This document shows positions 49,392 to 58,131 of a DNA stretch of 64,000 bases, one piece after another. Position numbers and translations under genes: made by a program. This DNA is from an uncultured virus (IMG/VR IMGVR_UViG_3300025133_000091) (Duplodnaviria > Heunggongvirae > Uroviricota > Caudoviricetes > Crassvirales). The stretch lies in IMG/VR virus record IMGVR_UViG_3300025133_000091; one strand, written 5' to 3'. How positions within the stretch are numbered: the first letter of the stretch is position 1; the number at the start of each line of letters is the position of its first letter. Under the pieces are notes generated by a model. It worked only from the letters and a program-made list of their open reading frames with translations. It was not told where the DNA came from and searched no databases.

Positions 49392-49757
49392 CTATGCCTC
49401 TGCCTGAATAGCTATCGTACAACCTGTGATGTCAGAATCAAGATATATTCCGTTATTATCATCAGCTACAACAATAAAAGAACTTTTATGCGCGTCAGCA
49501 CTTAAAGCGCTAACTATACTGTGTGCGACTTTTTTGTGTGTATCTGCTTTAATTGTTAAAACTACCGCGTCTGATATGTGATTAAAGTCATTTGAATCTG
49601 GTACAGAAACTTGAGATTCAAATGCCATTGTTAATGCAACAGAACTAGTTCCAGTATTATACATACCTTTAAAAGTGCTTTCTCTAAAGGCACCAGCATC
49701 TCCTAGTGCTGCAAATGGGTCTGTTGCTGTTTCCATAAAATAAAGTGTTTTTTCCAT
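49392..49757 (-). CDS. hypothetical protein, paralog 3 of 3
   Basis: LYFME..DSND..VADD..ITGC..AEA shared with the two neighbours. Confidence 0.65.
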   Translation of the reverse strand: MEKTLYFMETATDPFAALGDAGAFRESTFKGMYNTGTSSVALTMAFESQVSVPDSNDFNHISDAVVLTIKADTHKKVAHSIVSALSADAHKSSFIVVADDNNGIYLDSDITGCTIAIQAEA

Positions 49758-49782
49758 GTTTTTTATTTTTTATTTGTTAATA

Positions 49783-50145
49783 CTAGGCTTCTGCCGTTAC
49801 TGTTATTGTACATCCACTAATATGTGTGCTAGCGTACTTACTCTCGTTGTCATCAGCGATAACAATAAAGCCATCACTGTGTACTCCGTTTATAGTGTCG
49901 ATTATGTCTGCTATAGCCTCTTTGTTTTTGTTAGCTGTAGCTAAATCTAGAACAACAAAATCGTGAACGATAGATGTATCATTTGAATCGTTAACGGTTT
50001 GCATTCCTTTAAAATCCATTTGGATTTTTCCATTTGCTAAATTATGAAAACCTTTAAAACTAGATAGTGGCCATACTGCCATATCACCAACTGCGTTAAA
50101 AGGATCTGTTGAGGTCTCCATAAAATAAAGATATTTTTCTGTCAT
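49783..50145 (-). CDS. hypothetical protein, paralog 2 of 3
   Basis: Same shared motifs. Confidence 0.65.
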   Translation of the reverse strand: MTEKYLYFMETSTDPFNAVGDMAVWPLSSFKGFHNLANGKIQMDFKGMQTVNDSNDTSIVHDFVVLDLATANKNKEAIADIIDTINGVHSDGFIVIADDNESKYASTHISGCTITVTAEA

Positions 50146-50170
50146 TTTTTTATTTTTTTTTTAATTTTTA

Positions 50171-50542
50171 TTAAGCCTCAGCTCTAACAGTAACAGCACA
50201 AGCAGTAATATTCGCGTCAGCGTATACACTATTTGAGTCATCTGCTATAACAATAAGTCCATTATTTCTTTTTCCAGCTCCACCATATATTAGATCGCTA
50301 ATGCTTTCTATAACTGCTTTATGTGTGTCTGTTCCGATAGTTAATCTTACTGAATCCTTTTTAGAAGTAGTATCGTCTGAATCAGATTCCGTTAACTTTG
50401 GTTCAAAAGCTAAATCTAACGTCGTGTTGTTAACACTTTGAAATCCAACAAATCTTTCTAGTGGATAACAAGCCATATCCGCTAACGCATCAAAAGCCCC
50501 ATCTGTTTGCTCCATAAAATAAAGATATTTTTTATGTTCCAT
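50171..50542 (-). CDS. hypothetical protein, paralog 1 of 3
   Basis: Same shared motifs. Confidence 0.65.
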   Translation of the reverse strand: MEHKKYLYFMEQTDGAFDALADMACYPLERFVGFQSVNNTTLDLAFEPKLTESDSDDTTSKKDSVRLTIGTDTHKAVIESISDLIYGGAGKRNNGLIVIADDSNSVYADANITACAVTVRAEA

Positions 50543-50616
50543 TTTTTTTGTTTTTTTTGTTAATAATTAATTTTGTTTGTGTTTCTAAGTTTAGGGTTTA
50601 AAGTTTATGGTTTAGG

Positions 50617-50874
50617 TTAATCTACTAGAACTACGTCACCATCACGAATGACCCGGTAAAGTACATCTTTCCATGATATGTCGTGTCCAGCATGTTTATC
50701 GTAATATATCGTATCTCCATCTTTTAGTCCTTCGACTAAATGTCCACACGATATTATTTTTGCTTTTATATAACGGTTGTCTTGATCAGTCTCGTCTGTC
50801 ATGATCAACCCAGCAACCTTTTTAGGCTCTGTCTTTATTCTGTCTACTATAATATATCTATTGATTGCTTTCAT
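50617..50874 (-). CDS. groES: co-chaperonin GroES
   Basis: MKAINRYIIV..AGLIM..GLKDGDTIYYDKHAG..DVV; adjacent to groEL. Confidence 0.8.
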   Translation of the reverse strand: MKAINRYIIVDRIKTEPKKVAGLIMTDETDQDNRYIKAKIISCGHLVEGLKDGDTIYYDKHAGHDISWKDVLYRVIRDGDVVLVD

Positions 50875-52426
50875 TCATTCTCATATTTGAAATTACACAA
50901 TCTGCAGATATAATTGTTGATACTACACTCACTGCATTTTTAAGTGCGGACTTGGTTACAAGTACTGGATCTATGATACCAGCTGAGATCATTGTAGCTC
51001 TTTCACCAGTTATAACATCAATACCATAACCTTCGTGATCTTCGTATCCATCCATCATAGTTATACCAGCATTATCAAGTACAGTGTAAAAAGGAGCTTG
51101 AATAGCTTTTAGTAGGATTTTCTCACCAGGTGTTTTAGCTTTAACCTTTTGAGACGCATTTAATAGTGCAACTCCACCTCCAGGAACAATTCCTTCTTTT
51201 AATGCTGCTTTAGTAGCGTAGATAGCATCTTCTATCCTATCTTTCTTTTCTTTAAGCTCTATCTTTGAATCAGCACCTACCTTAACCATTCCAACACTTC
51301 CCGATAGCATAGCTAGTCTTTGTCTGTGTTTCTTTTGTATAAACGGGTTTTTCTCCCATTTATCTATAGTTTTGTTAATACTAGCGATTCTCTCTTCCAT
51401 TTCCTCCTCTGGAGTCTCTATAGTGAGAACTGTATTCTTATCATCAGTAATTGCTGAGTAAGCTTCTCCTAAACAATCTACATCGATTAAATCAAGATCA
51501 TCACCCAATTGCTCGTTGATTACTTTAGCTCCAACTAAAAAAGCAAGATCTGCCACGGTATCGTCTTTAGTAGGACCAAAACCTGGCAAATCAACTATGT
51601 TAACTTTAATATTACCTTTTACCTTATTCATAAGAAGAGCTGCTTTAACCTGTTGGTCAACTGGAGCAACGATTAATAAAGGACGTTTGTTCTTGATAAC
51701 GTGCTCTAGTACTGTTTGTATTTTTCTTATGTTTGGTATTTCTGAAGACACTATTAATACTAATGGGTTATCAAGCTCACAAATCTGCTTGTCCTTATCA
51801 GTAACGAAATGTGGGGATGTGAGTCCTGAATCTACCTGTACGCCGTCAACTACTTCGACATATGTTTCTTCAGTTGGAGACTCTTCCATTAATACCACAC
51901 CATCTTTACCTACTTTAGTATAAGCTTCCGCTATAATCTTTCCTAGTTCTGTATCATTATTACAACTTATTGAACTAACAGATTCCAGCATATCGCCCTC
52001 GATCTTGACAGAAATCTTATCTAGGTAATCATTTACCTTCTTAAGACCGGATTTAATCCCGTCCTTAATTTCTCTAATGGTAGCATCGTTACCATTAACT
52101 TCTTTTAGCAATGATTCAGCAAGGACAGTAGCTGTTGTAGTACCGTCACCCGCTTCTCTCACTGTATTTCTAGCAGCCTCCTTAATTAAGGTAGCCCCCA
52201 TGTTTTCTACCGGATCAAATAAGACAACAGATTCTGCTACTGTTACTCCGTCTTTTGTTATTACCGGTAAACCTCTAGCATCTTCGTATATTACGCATTT
52301 ACCAGATGCTCCAAGGGTTGATTTTACTGCTTTAGCTAGTTTTTCAACACCAGCTACTATTTTATTTTTTGCGTTATCGCCAAAGTTCACGTCTTTGACA
52401 ATCTCGCTTGGATGATTGTATTCCAT
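50858..52426 (-). CDS. groEL: chaperonin GroEL
   Basis: ITKDGVTVA, AGDGTTTATVLA, EGIVPGGG and GIIDP motifs. Confidence 0.95.
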   Translation of the reverse strand: MEYNHPSEIVKDVNFGDNAKNKIVAGVEKLAKAVKSTLGASGKCVIYEDARGLPVITKDGVTVAESVVLFDPVENMGATLIKEAARNTVREAGDGTTTATVLAESLLKEVNGNDATIREIKDGIKSGLKKVNDYLDKISVKIEGDMLESVSSISCNNDTELGKIIAEAYTKVGKDGVVLMEESPTEETYVEVVDGVQVDSGLTSPHFVTDKDKQICELDNPLVLIVSSEIPNIRKIQTVLEHVIKNKRPLLIVAPVDQQVKAALLMNKVKGNIKVNIVDLPGFGPTKDDTVADLAFLVGAKVINEQLGDDLDLIDVDCLGEAYSAITDDKNTVLTIETPEEEMEERIASINKTIDKWEKNPFIQKKHRQRLAMLSGSVGMVKVGADSKIELKEKKDRIEDAIYATKAALKEGIVPGGGVALLNASQKVKAKTPGEKILLKAIQAPFYTVLDNAGITMMDGYEDHEGYGIDVITGERATMISAGIIDPVLVTKSALKNAVSVVSTIISADCVISNMRMNESNQ

Positions 52427-52466
52427 GTATTAAATTAAATTTGATTAAATTGGTACTGCTTTACTT

Positions 52467-52727
52467 TTACTCTTCGTTAAATATAGCTAATTCTTCGGCT
52501 GTAAGTTTTTGGCCACTCATGTATTTACGTATTATTTGGTCTTTTTTATTACCCTTGTTAGCGCCCTCTTCTATTACTTGTGTTTTCTCTAAATCCGCAT
52601 CAGTTATCTCTGTAGTTCCTGGTGGAGTTGCTAATTTATCATCATCCTTTTTCTTCTTATCATCTCTAAAAGGTGCCCCAAAGTTCCTTGCCATCGGCGA
52701 CCCCTTCATTTTAAATGGTCCTGCCAT
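52467..52727 (-). CDS. hypothetical protein
   Basis: N-terminal PFKMKGSP. Confidence 0.55.
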   Translation of the reverse strand: MAGPFKMKGSPMARNFGAPFRDDKKKKDDDKLATPPGTTEITDADLEKTQVIEEGANKGNKKDQIIRKYMSGQKLTAEELAIFNEE

Positions 52728-52749
52728 AATTTCTGTTTGTTTTTAATTG

Positions 52750-53040
52750 TTATTCAAAGGTTTTAACCACTTTTGGTCCCTTTGTTGCTTCTAGTTTATC
52801 AGTAAAGTGTTTAACACTGCCATTTATGGCGGTTTCTGCACCTTCTATTGTCTCTCTACGCGTAACATCTTGCCATTGATCCTCTTTATCAGGGTTTAAG
52901 CATTCTGTTTGGTAAAATCCGTTAGGTAACTGTGTAATTCTCCAGTTTTTCTTCTCAGAGAGGTGTTTCCAATGTTTAATTGTTGTTTCATTCGGTTTTA
53001 GGTTGCCAGTTGAACTGGTCTTGTAGTATAAATAAGTCAT
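52750..53040 (-). CDS. hypothetical protein
   Basis: 96-aa ORF with WRITQLPNGFYQTE. Confidence 0.6.
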   Translation of the reverse strand: MTYLYYKTSSTGNLKPNETTIKHWKHLSEKKNWRITQLPNGFYQTECLNPDKEDQWQDVTRRETIEGAETAINGSVKHFTDKLEATKGPKVVKTFE

Positions 53041-53089
53041 TTTATTTTGGTTTTAGGTTATTGACTTGGTGTAGGGTGTATCCCTATAT

Positions 53090-54949
53090 CTATTCTGGTA
53101 TATAACCAGATTTTATCATGTTTTGTTGTACAGTTCCACCTTTCACAGCGTTTCTATATATTCTATTATCACGCATTTCCATTGGACTTTTACCTTTTTT
53201 AGCTTGTTGAGCTTGATACCACTTGTCATTAGCTATTTTGTACTGTTCTTGCTTCTCCTTCCAAGTACCTTCAAAGTCACTTGGTTTAGGTTTTCTATCT
53301 GGAGTTGTAGTGACCTGTTCAACTACTGGTTTAGTTGTAGTTTCTTCAACTACTGGTTCGGTTTTTGTTTCTTCTTGTACTAAATCAGTAACACCTCCTC
53401 CGTGACCAGCTTCTATTTTATCAAGGTTCTGGTTTAGTAAGGCTTCTTCTTTTTCAGCTTTAATTCTTTCCTCTTCTGCCTTCTCAGCTGCCCACTGCTC
53501 TTCCATCATTAACTCCATTTCTTCCATCTCTTTATCCTCCTGCTCTTCTTTCTCTTGCTCGAGCTGAGCTTCATATGATTCCGGCAATGTGCCTTCGTTT
53601 TTCATTTTTACGTACGCGTCAAATCTTTCTTGAGTGGTAACAACATCATCCCCATAGTATGCTTTTGCTTCGGCTATATTTTGGGTCCTTAAAGCTTTCT
53701 CCGCTTTTTTCTCTTGTTGTGCTACAAGTTTGTCAGACGTTTCTTTAGATATCCTTTTACCCTCTGGGGTATAATACTTTTCCTTCCCATCGTCTAACCA
53801 GCCCATAGTTCCATCGCCCATATCTCCCCAAGTGTCACCGTAGTTACTTTTAGCACCTTCTTTAGGCACCCACGTTCCGTCTTCTCCCACCTGCATATCT
53901 GTTTTTTCTACCCCGTAATTTTCAGAAGCAGCTTGCATGTTTTTATCAGTTTGTATATCCTCGGGACTCGTATATGCTCCAGCTAACACCCACTCATCTT
54001 TATCATCGTTATAGTGTAGTTGTGTGCCCTGTTTATTTGGATTTTCTAGCAGTTCCGTATACTCCTTTCTAATATCAGGATCATCAAGATCAAAGTCCTC
54101 TCCATATTGTTCTCTCATATACTTATCGGCTTTTTTCATTTGCCTATCAGTAAATTCGGTTGTAGCCACCGTCCCAGTTGATTTTTGCAATTCTAACTTT
54201 TGCTTATTTGTTGGTAATGGACGAATAGATTTCGGTTCTAGAGTAATAGGCTTATTAGCCTCTTGCTCTGCCTCAAATTCAGCTTTCTTTGCAGCCTCCT
54301 CTTCTTTCTTTTTTATATCTTTATACCCCTTAGTATTTTTGTAGTCCGTCTCAGGGTCGTCAATATGGCCCTTACCTACATAGTTAGCATCTTTCTCAGC
54401 TTGTATTCTAAGTTTTTCCGCTTCTTTTTCAGCCTTTATTTTCGCATTCTTTTCTGCTCTTTTCTTTTTACCTTCAGCGCCTTTAGTTTGTATATCTTCT
54501 ATTGCACCCTCTACGACATTCCCAAGTTCATCAACAATATTCTCTCCTAACTTAAATAAACCATTTCCTATCGCTACTGGAACTAACAAAGCTCCTCCAA
54601 CTAAAGTGCTTACGCCTTCAACAATTTTACCACCTACATCTAGAAGATTTTTACCAAACTTTTTTCTTTTAGCTTTCCTCTCTTGTTTTCTAGCATCTTT
54701 CGCCGCTTGTTCCTCTGGTGTTAATTTTTTCTTCTCTTTCTTTTCAGGCACATCTATATTTATCTTGTCAAGTTCGAAATCTATTGCTTGTGGTTTATAT
54801 GATTTACCCAGAGCGTCAGCGGCACCAACCAAACTAGCATCCGCTTTAGTCCTAGACTGAGATACCACAGATTGTGCTTTAGCTTTCGCTATCGATGCTT
54901 TATGATTTGCTGTACCCTTTATCACAGGGCGATTCATTCTAAATGCCAT
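53090..54949 (-). CDS. large charged low-complexity protein (possibly virion-internal)
   Basis: 619 aa, Lys/Glu-rich, with one hydrophobic Gly-rich segment. Confidence 0.55.
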   Translation of the reverse strand: MAFRMNRPVIKGTANHKASIAKAKAQSVVSQSRTKADASLVGAADALGKSYKPQAIDFELDKINIDVPEKKEKKKLTPEEQAAKDARKQERKAKRKKFGKNLLDVGGKIVEGVSTLVGGALLVPVAIGNGLFKLGENIVDELGNVVEGAIEDIQTKGAEGKKKRAEKNAKIKAEKEAEKLRIQAEKDANYVGKGHIDDPETDYKNTKGYKDIKKKEEEAAKKAEFEAEQEANKPITLEPKSIRPLPTNKQKLELQKSTGTVATTEFTDRQMKKADKYMREQYGEDFDLDDPDIRKEYTELLENPNKQGTQLHYNDDKDEWVLAGAYTSPEDIQTDKNMQAASENYGVEKTDMQVGEDGTWVPKEGAKSNYGDTWGDMGDGTMGWLDDGKEKYYTPEGKRISKETSDKLVAQQEKKAEKALRTQNIAEAKAYYGDDVVTTQERFDAYVKMKNEGTLPESYEAQLEQEKEEQEDKEMEEMELMMEEQWAAEKAEEERIKAEKEEALLNQNLDKIEAGHGGGVTDLVQEETKTEPVVEETTTKPVVEQVTTTPDRKPKPSDFEGTWKEKQEQYKIANDKWYQAQQAKKGKSPMEMRDNRIYRNAVKGGTVQQNMIKSGYIPE

Positions 54950-55191
54950 TAGTAATTGTATTTTCGTTTAGTTGCACCTGATCTACTGTTCTTAGCTCTA
55001 TTCTTACTAGCAGGAATACACTTTCCACTAGCGTGATCAAAATCATAACCTTTAGGACAATTCTTCCTCTGTGCATCTCTTTTCTTCTTCTTTCCCCAAG
55101 CAGACATAGCCGACTTCTTGTCTCTAACAGCCTTTCTCTTAGCTGCTGCCGGTGATAATTTCTGTTTTAGTTTAAATGGTGTACCTTTCAT
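54949..55191 (-). CDS. small basic protein, HNH-like remnant
   Basis: GYDFDH..KCIPASKNRA; first gene of the late block. Confidence 0.45.
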   Translation of the reverse strand: MKGTPFKLKQKLSPAAAKRKAVRDKKSAMSAWGKKKKRDAQRKNCPKGYDFDHASGKCIPASKNRAKNSRSGATKRKYNY

Positions 55192-55195
55192 ACTA

Positions 55196-55226
55196 TGTAT
55201 GATTACATGGTAAAGAATTTATTTAC
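55196..55226 (-). promoter_or_regulatory. candidate late promoter GTAAA-N15-GTAAT-CATACA
   Basis: Directly upstream of the first minus-strand gene; same spacing as the other two copies. Confidence 0.55.
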
Positions 55227-55228
55227 AG

Positions 55229-56043
55229 TGTGACAATAGCCTGTTACTCCCTATCTCTACTAATCTATCTCTACTCCTAGATATTACTCTAGTAATATCC
55301 TTAAGTAGGAGTATTAAAAAACGAATACTGTGACAATAGCTAGTTACTCTAATACTTAGCTACCTAATGTCATATAAAAAGTATTGTGGATATAGGGGTA
55401 GAGTACAGTACCCTCCTCTATAGAAGGCCCGGCCTCAACTAAAACGCATCCTACTTTGCCCACCGCCCCTTCGTTTGACCCAAATCTCCAATATGTTTTC
55501 ACATTACAAACTATAATATATCTCAACACAAATAATAATTTTTCTCTAACATTTCAGCAAATGCCCCCGCCCCTGGGCTCGCTGTATAGCATAGCTCACA
55601 AGCTAGTCACGTGTGTTGTTAGATAATATATATGTAAGCAAAATGATTAGCTAACTGCACAGTACACAAAGTTAATACGACTTATAATAGATAATATAAA
55701 TGAAAATAATAACTAACTAAATTAAATTAAATTATGTCAAAAGTAATGAAAGTTGAAGAACTTAAAACTAAAAGATTCGTAATCAGAAAAAGTCTGATCG
55801 GAAAGAATACTGTAATAACATTCGTAAACAAAAAGAATGAGACAGTAAAGTATAGTCATGACGAAGTATACAATACACACAAAGAACGATTTGAAAGTAT
55901 GAACTGTTTCGCTAAGTACAAAAACTATACTAACACTAATGCGATGCCAGCATTCTGCAGAGACTTACAAATTAAGTAAGTTCTCTCTGTGAAACTGTGA
56001 CACTAGCCTCTTACTAGATCCTTATTAAGTGGCTTATGTCACA
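55229..56043. repeat. TGTGACAMTAGCNNNTTACT repeat, three copies (55229, 55329, 55996)
   Basis: Read directly; two copies close with an inverted TGTCA(C/T)A. Confidence 0.75.
55734..55979 (+). CDS. early small basic protein, paralog of 56503..56757
   Basis: KRFVIRKSLIGK..F.NKK..VKY.HD.V..C.AKY..YT.TN..P. Confidence 0.7.
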   Translation: MSKVMKVEELKTKRFVIRKSLIGKNTVITFVNKKNETVKYSHDEVYNTHKERFESMNCFAKYKNYTNTNAMPAFCRDLQIK

Positions 56044-56156
56044 CTTTTCACTACACCTAAGATCGATCTAAAGATCGTGGTGTATAGCAGCATGTATAGC
56101 ACTCGCCGCTCGCCACTTGTCACAAACTGATCACGATCACTAATAGATAATATATA

Positions 56157-56237
56157 TGTAACGATAAAGACTGGACGTAGTAACGCCGCTGCACCGACTA
56201 ACTTGAAAGAAAGTTGACTCGTCCACCTTTAGTTACA
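56157..56237 (+). ncRNA. candidate small structured RNA
   Basis: Nested helices TGTAAC/GTTACA, TAAAG/CTTTA, TGGACG/CGTCCA and AACTT/AAGTT, starting just after promoter copy 3. Confidence 0.55.
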
Positions 56238-56502
56238 AATGTAAATAGTAAATAACGCTCGTCACAATGTCAATACGAACACTATTAGATAATATAGTTG
56301 TAAAAACAAACAAACTGACAAGTATAATAAGTTACAAATGTGAACTAAGTTACAAATGTGAATTGTACACTTGGAGAGTCAGAGTAGTACCTCGTAAGTA
56401 AATATATCACTTAAATGAAATATATACCTTACACAATGTAAATACGATAAGTAAAAGATAATATATATACAAACTAATTAATAAACTAAAAATAGTAAAG
56501 TT

Positions 56503-56757
56503 ATGAGCAAAATCGCTAAAAAAACTGAGAATCAGGTTTTAAAAAGTAAAAGATTCGTAGTACGTAAGTCGTTGGTAGGTAAAGGTCAAGTGATCGAATT
56601 TACTAACAAAAAAGGAGTGACTGTAAAGTATAACCACGATGTAGTGTTCACTATCATGAAAGATGGTTTGGAGAAACTTGCTTGTTGGGCAAAGTACAGT
56701 TCTTACACTGCAACTAACAACATACCTACAATACTAAGAGGTAAAGAGTTAGTTTAG
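56503..56757 (+). CDS. early small basic protein, paralog of 55734..55979
   Basis: KRFVVRKSLVGK.. shared motifs. Confidence 0.7.
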   Translation: MSKIAKKTENQVLKSKRFVVRKSLVGKGQVIEFTNKKGVTVKYNHDVVFTIMKDGLEKLACWAKYSSYTATNNIPTILRGKELV

Positions 56758-56941
56758 TAGTTAGTTAGGTCGGTAGATCGGTGGTCGCTGGACAAACAAA
56801 GTATACCAGTAGTAAACGTACCATCACTACCTTCCTTTTATAAAAATACAATATAATATGGCAAAGAAATTAGAAAATAGAGTGGCAGAGATAGTGATGA
56901 TAACACTAACAATAATAGTAATAATATTAGCAAATTAAGAT

Positions 56942-57187
56942 ATGAATAGAGAAGAATTAAAAAGATTATTTCTAACGTTTCCAACGTTGGATATACCAGA
57001 GAAAAAACAAATAATAGTAGAGATAGATAAGAATCCTCACTGGCCAGGTTATGGTACCATAGAAATATTAAGAGATGGACCAAATGGATATTCTTCATTT
57101 AAAACTCACCAAGAGCTTCCAATGAAGTATGTGTTCAATTGTAACGAGTATAGGTCAGGTGAGTATGAACTAATAGTAAAAGAATAA
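56942..57187 (+). CDS. hypothetical protein
   Basis: ORF in the tightly packed early cluster. Confidence 0.55.
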   Translation: MNREELKRLFLTFPTLDIPEKKQIIVEIDKNPHWPGYGTIEILRDGPNGYSSFKTHQELPMKYVFNCNEYRSGEYELIVKE

Positions 57188-57188
57188 T

Positions 57189-57422
57189 ATGAAATATCCA
57201 AGAATAGTAGGGTGGTCAGTAGTGATCGGTATGTGGAGTATAATGGGTTGTGCTATGACAGAAATGAAGAATTCTGCTATACACGAAACAAGTAATACCG
57301 CGGAAGATATGATCGAGTGGATCGAGCACGATGTAGAGTCAGGTAAACTAGATAGTACGATCGCGGACACTTATATAGAGAACTTAGAAGGAATAATAAT
57401 AGATTTAGGATGTACGAGATGA
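57189..57422 (+). CDS. putative lipoprotein/membrane protein
   Basis: Hydrophobic N-terminus ending IMGC. Confidence 0.45.
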   Translation: MKYPRIVGWSVVIGMWSIMGCAMTEMKNSAIHETSNTAEDMIEWIEHDVESGKLDSTIADTYIENLEGIIIDLGCTR

Positions 57423-57631
57423 GTTGGAAAGGAGAAGATAAGTATCACTGGAATGAAGAGACTATAGAGACTCTTAGAAAACAAATGGATTGTAAAGCAG
57501 GTATAACCATTGATTTAGTGGAAGATGTAAACGAGTGGATAAAAGATAATATATCTAGTGAGTATGAAGAAGACTATATAGATATGGGAATACACTTAAC
57601 AAAAATATTAATTGGAGATATAAAATTATGA
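57410..57631 (+). CDS. hypothetical protein
   Basis: Coupled ORF; the start may be 57419. Confidence 0.5.
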   Translation: MYEMSWKGEDKYHWNEETIETLRKQMDCKAGITIDLVEDVNEWIKDNISSEYEEDYIDMGIHLTKILIGDIKL

Positions 57632-57870
57632 GAGATTATAGTATAACAAGAAGAAAAGGTGAGTGGTATGACGCTAAAGTAACTGATAGTTTCGGTGTTG
57701 AGCATCAAAACTACTTTGAACACGCTCACGAAGCAAATGACTGGATAATGTACATATGGGAAAAGGAATTACCACCATTAACTGATGCAGAACGCGAAGA
57801 ATTACTCGCAAGTGCTATACACGATTGCAAGCAGATGGATAAGCGATCAGGCAGAAGAGCAATACTATGA
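57628..57870 (+). CDS. hypothetical protein
   Basis: ATGA-coupled ORF. Confidence 0.55.
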   Translation: MRDYSITRRKGEWYDAKVTDSFGVEHQNYFEHAHEANDWIMYIWEKELPPLTDAEREELLASAIHDCKQMDKRSGRRAIL

Positions 57871-57963
57871 TAGTATTACTAATAACAATAATAGGTACGT
57901 TTCTACTAGGTAGATACGCTATTAAAAAAGGACAAGAAATAGAAGAAAATAAAAAGAAATAAT

Positions 57964-58131
57964 ATGAAAGAAGCAGTAATTATAGTAGGAACTTTACTTA
58001 TCACTTCATGCGGAACATTTAGTAAGGTAACCGAACGAGAAAAAGAATTAAACTATCAAATAGATAAAGCTTATTTCGAGTATACCACAGTGAGAGACTC
58101 TTTAATACTTAAGTACAATTACAATAAGTAA
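57964..58131 (+). CDS. small putative lipoprotein (55 aa, absent from the ORF track)
   Basis: MKEAVIIVGTLLITSC: signal peptide with a lipobox-like Cys. Confidence 0.5.
   Translation: MKEAVIIVGTLLITSCGTFSKVTEREKELNYQIDKAYFEYTTVRDSLILKYNYNK

Larger units (their letters stand above)
55597..56465 (+). promoter_or_regulatory. five tandem promoter-like motifs CACAA-N5-WYACGW-N8-AGATAATATA
   Basis: Copies at 55597, 55665, 56121, 56263 and 56432 with identical spacing. Confidence 0.75.

Noticed and set aside
50575..50616. Short GTTTA(G/T)GG-like repeats between groES and the paralog triplet
   Set aside because: Short, degenerate and low in complexity; probably an A/C-rich leader on the - strand.
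9250..54860. Many short + strand ORFs opposite the late genes
   Set aside because: They are antisense shadows of long - strand genes, with no leaders or recognisable motifs.
55597..56465. CRISPR array or mini-array
   Set aside because: The repeats conserve three short boxes rather than a contiguous repeat, the spacing is irregular (68-456 nt), one interval holds an ORF, and there are no cas genes.
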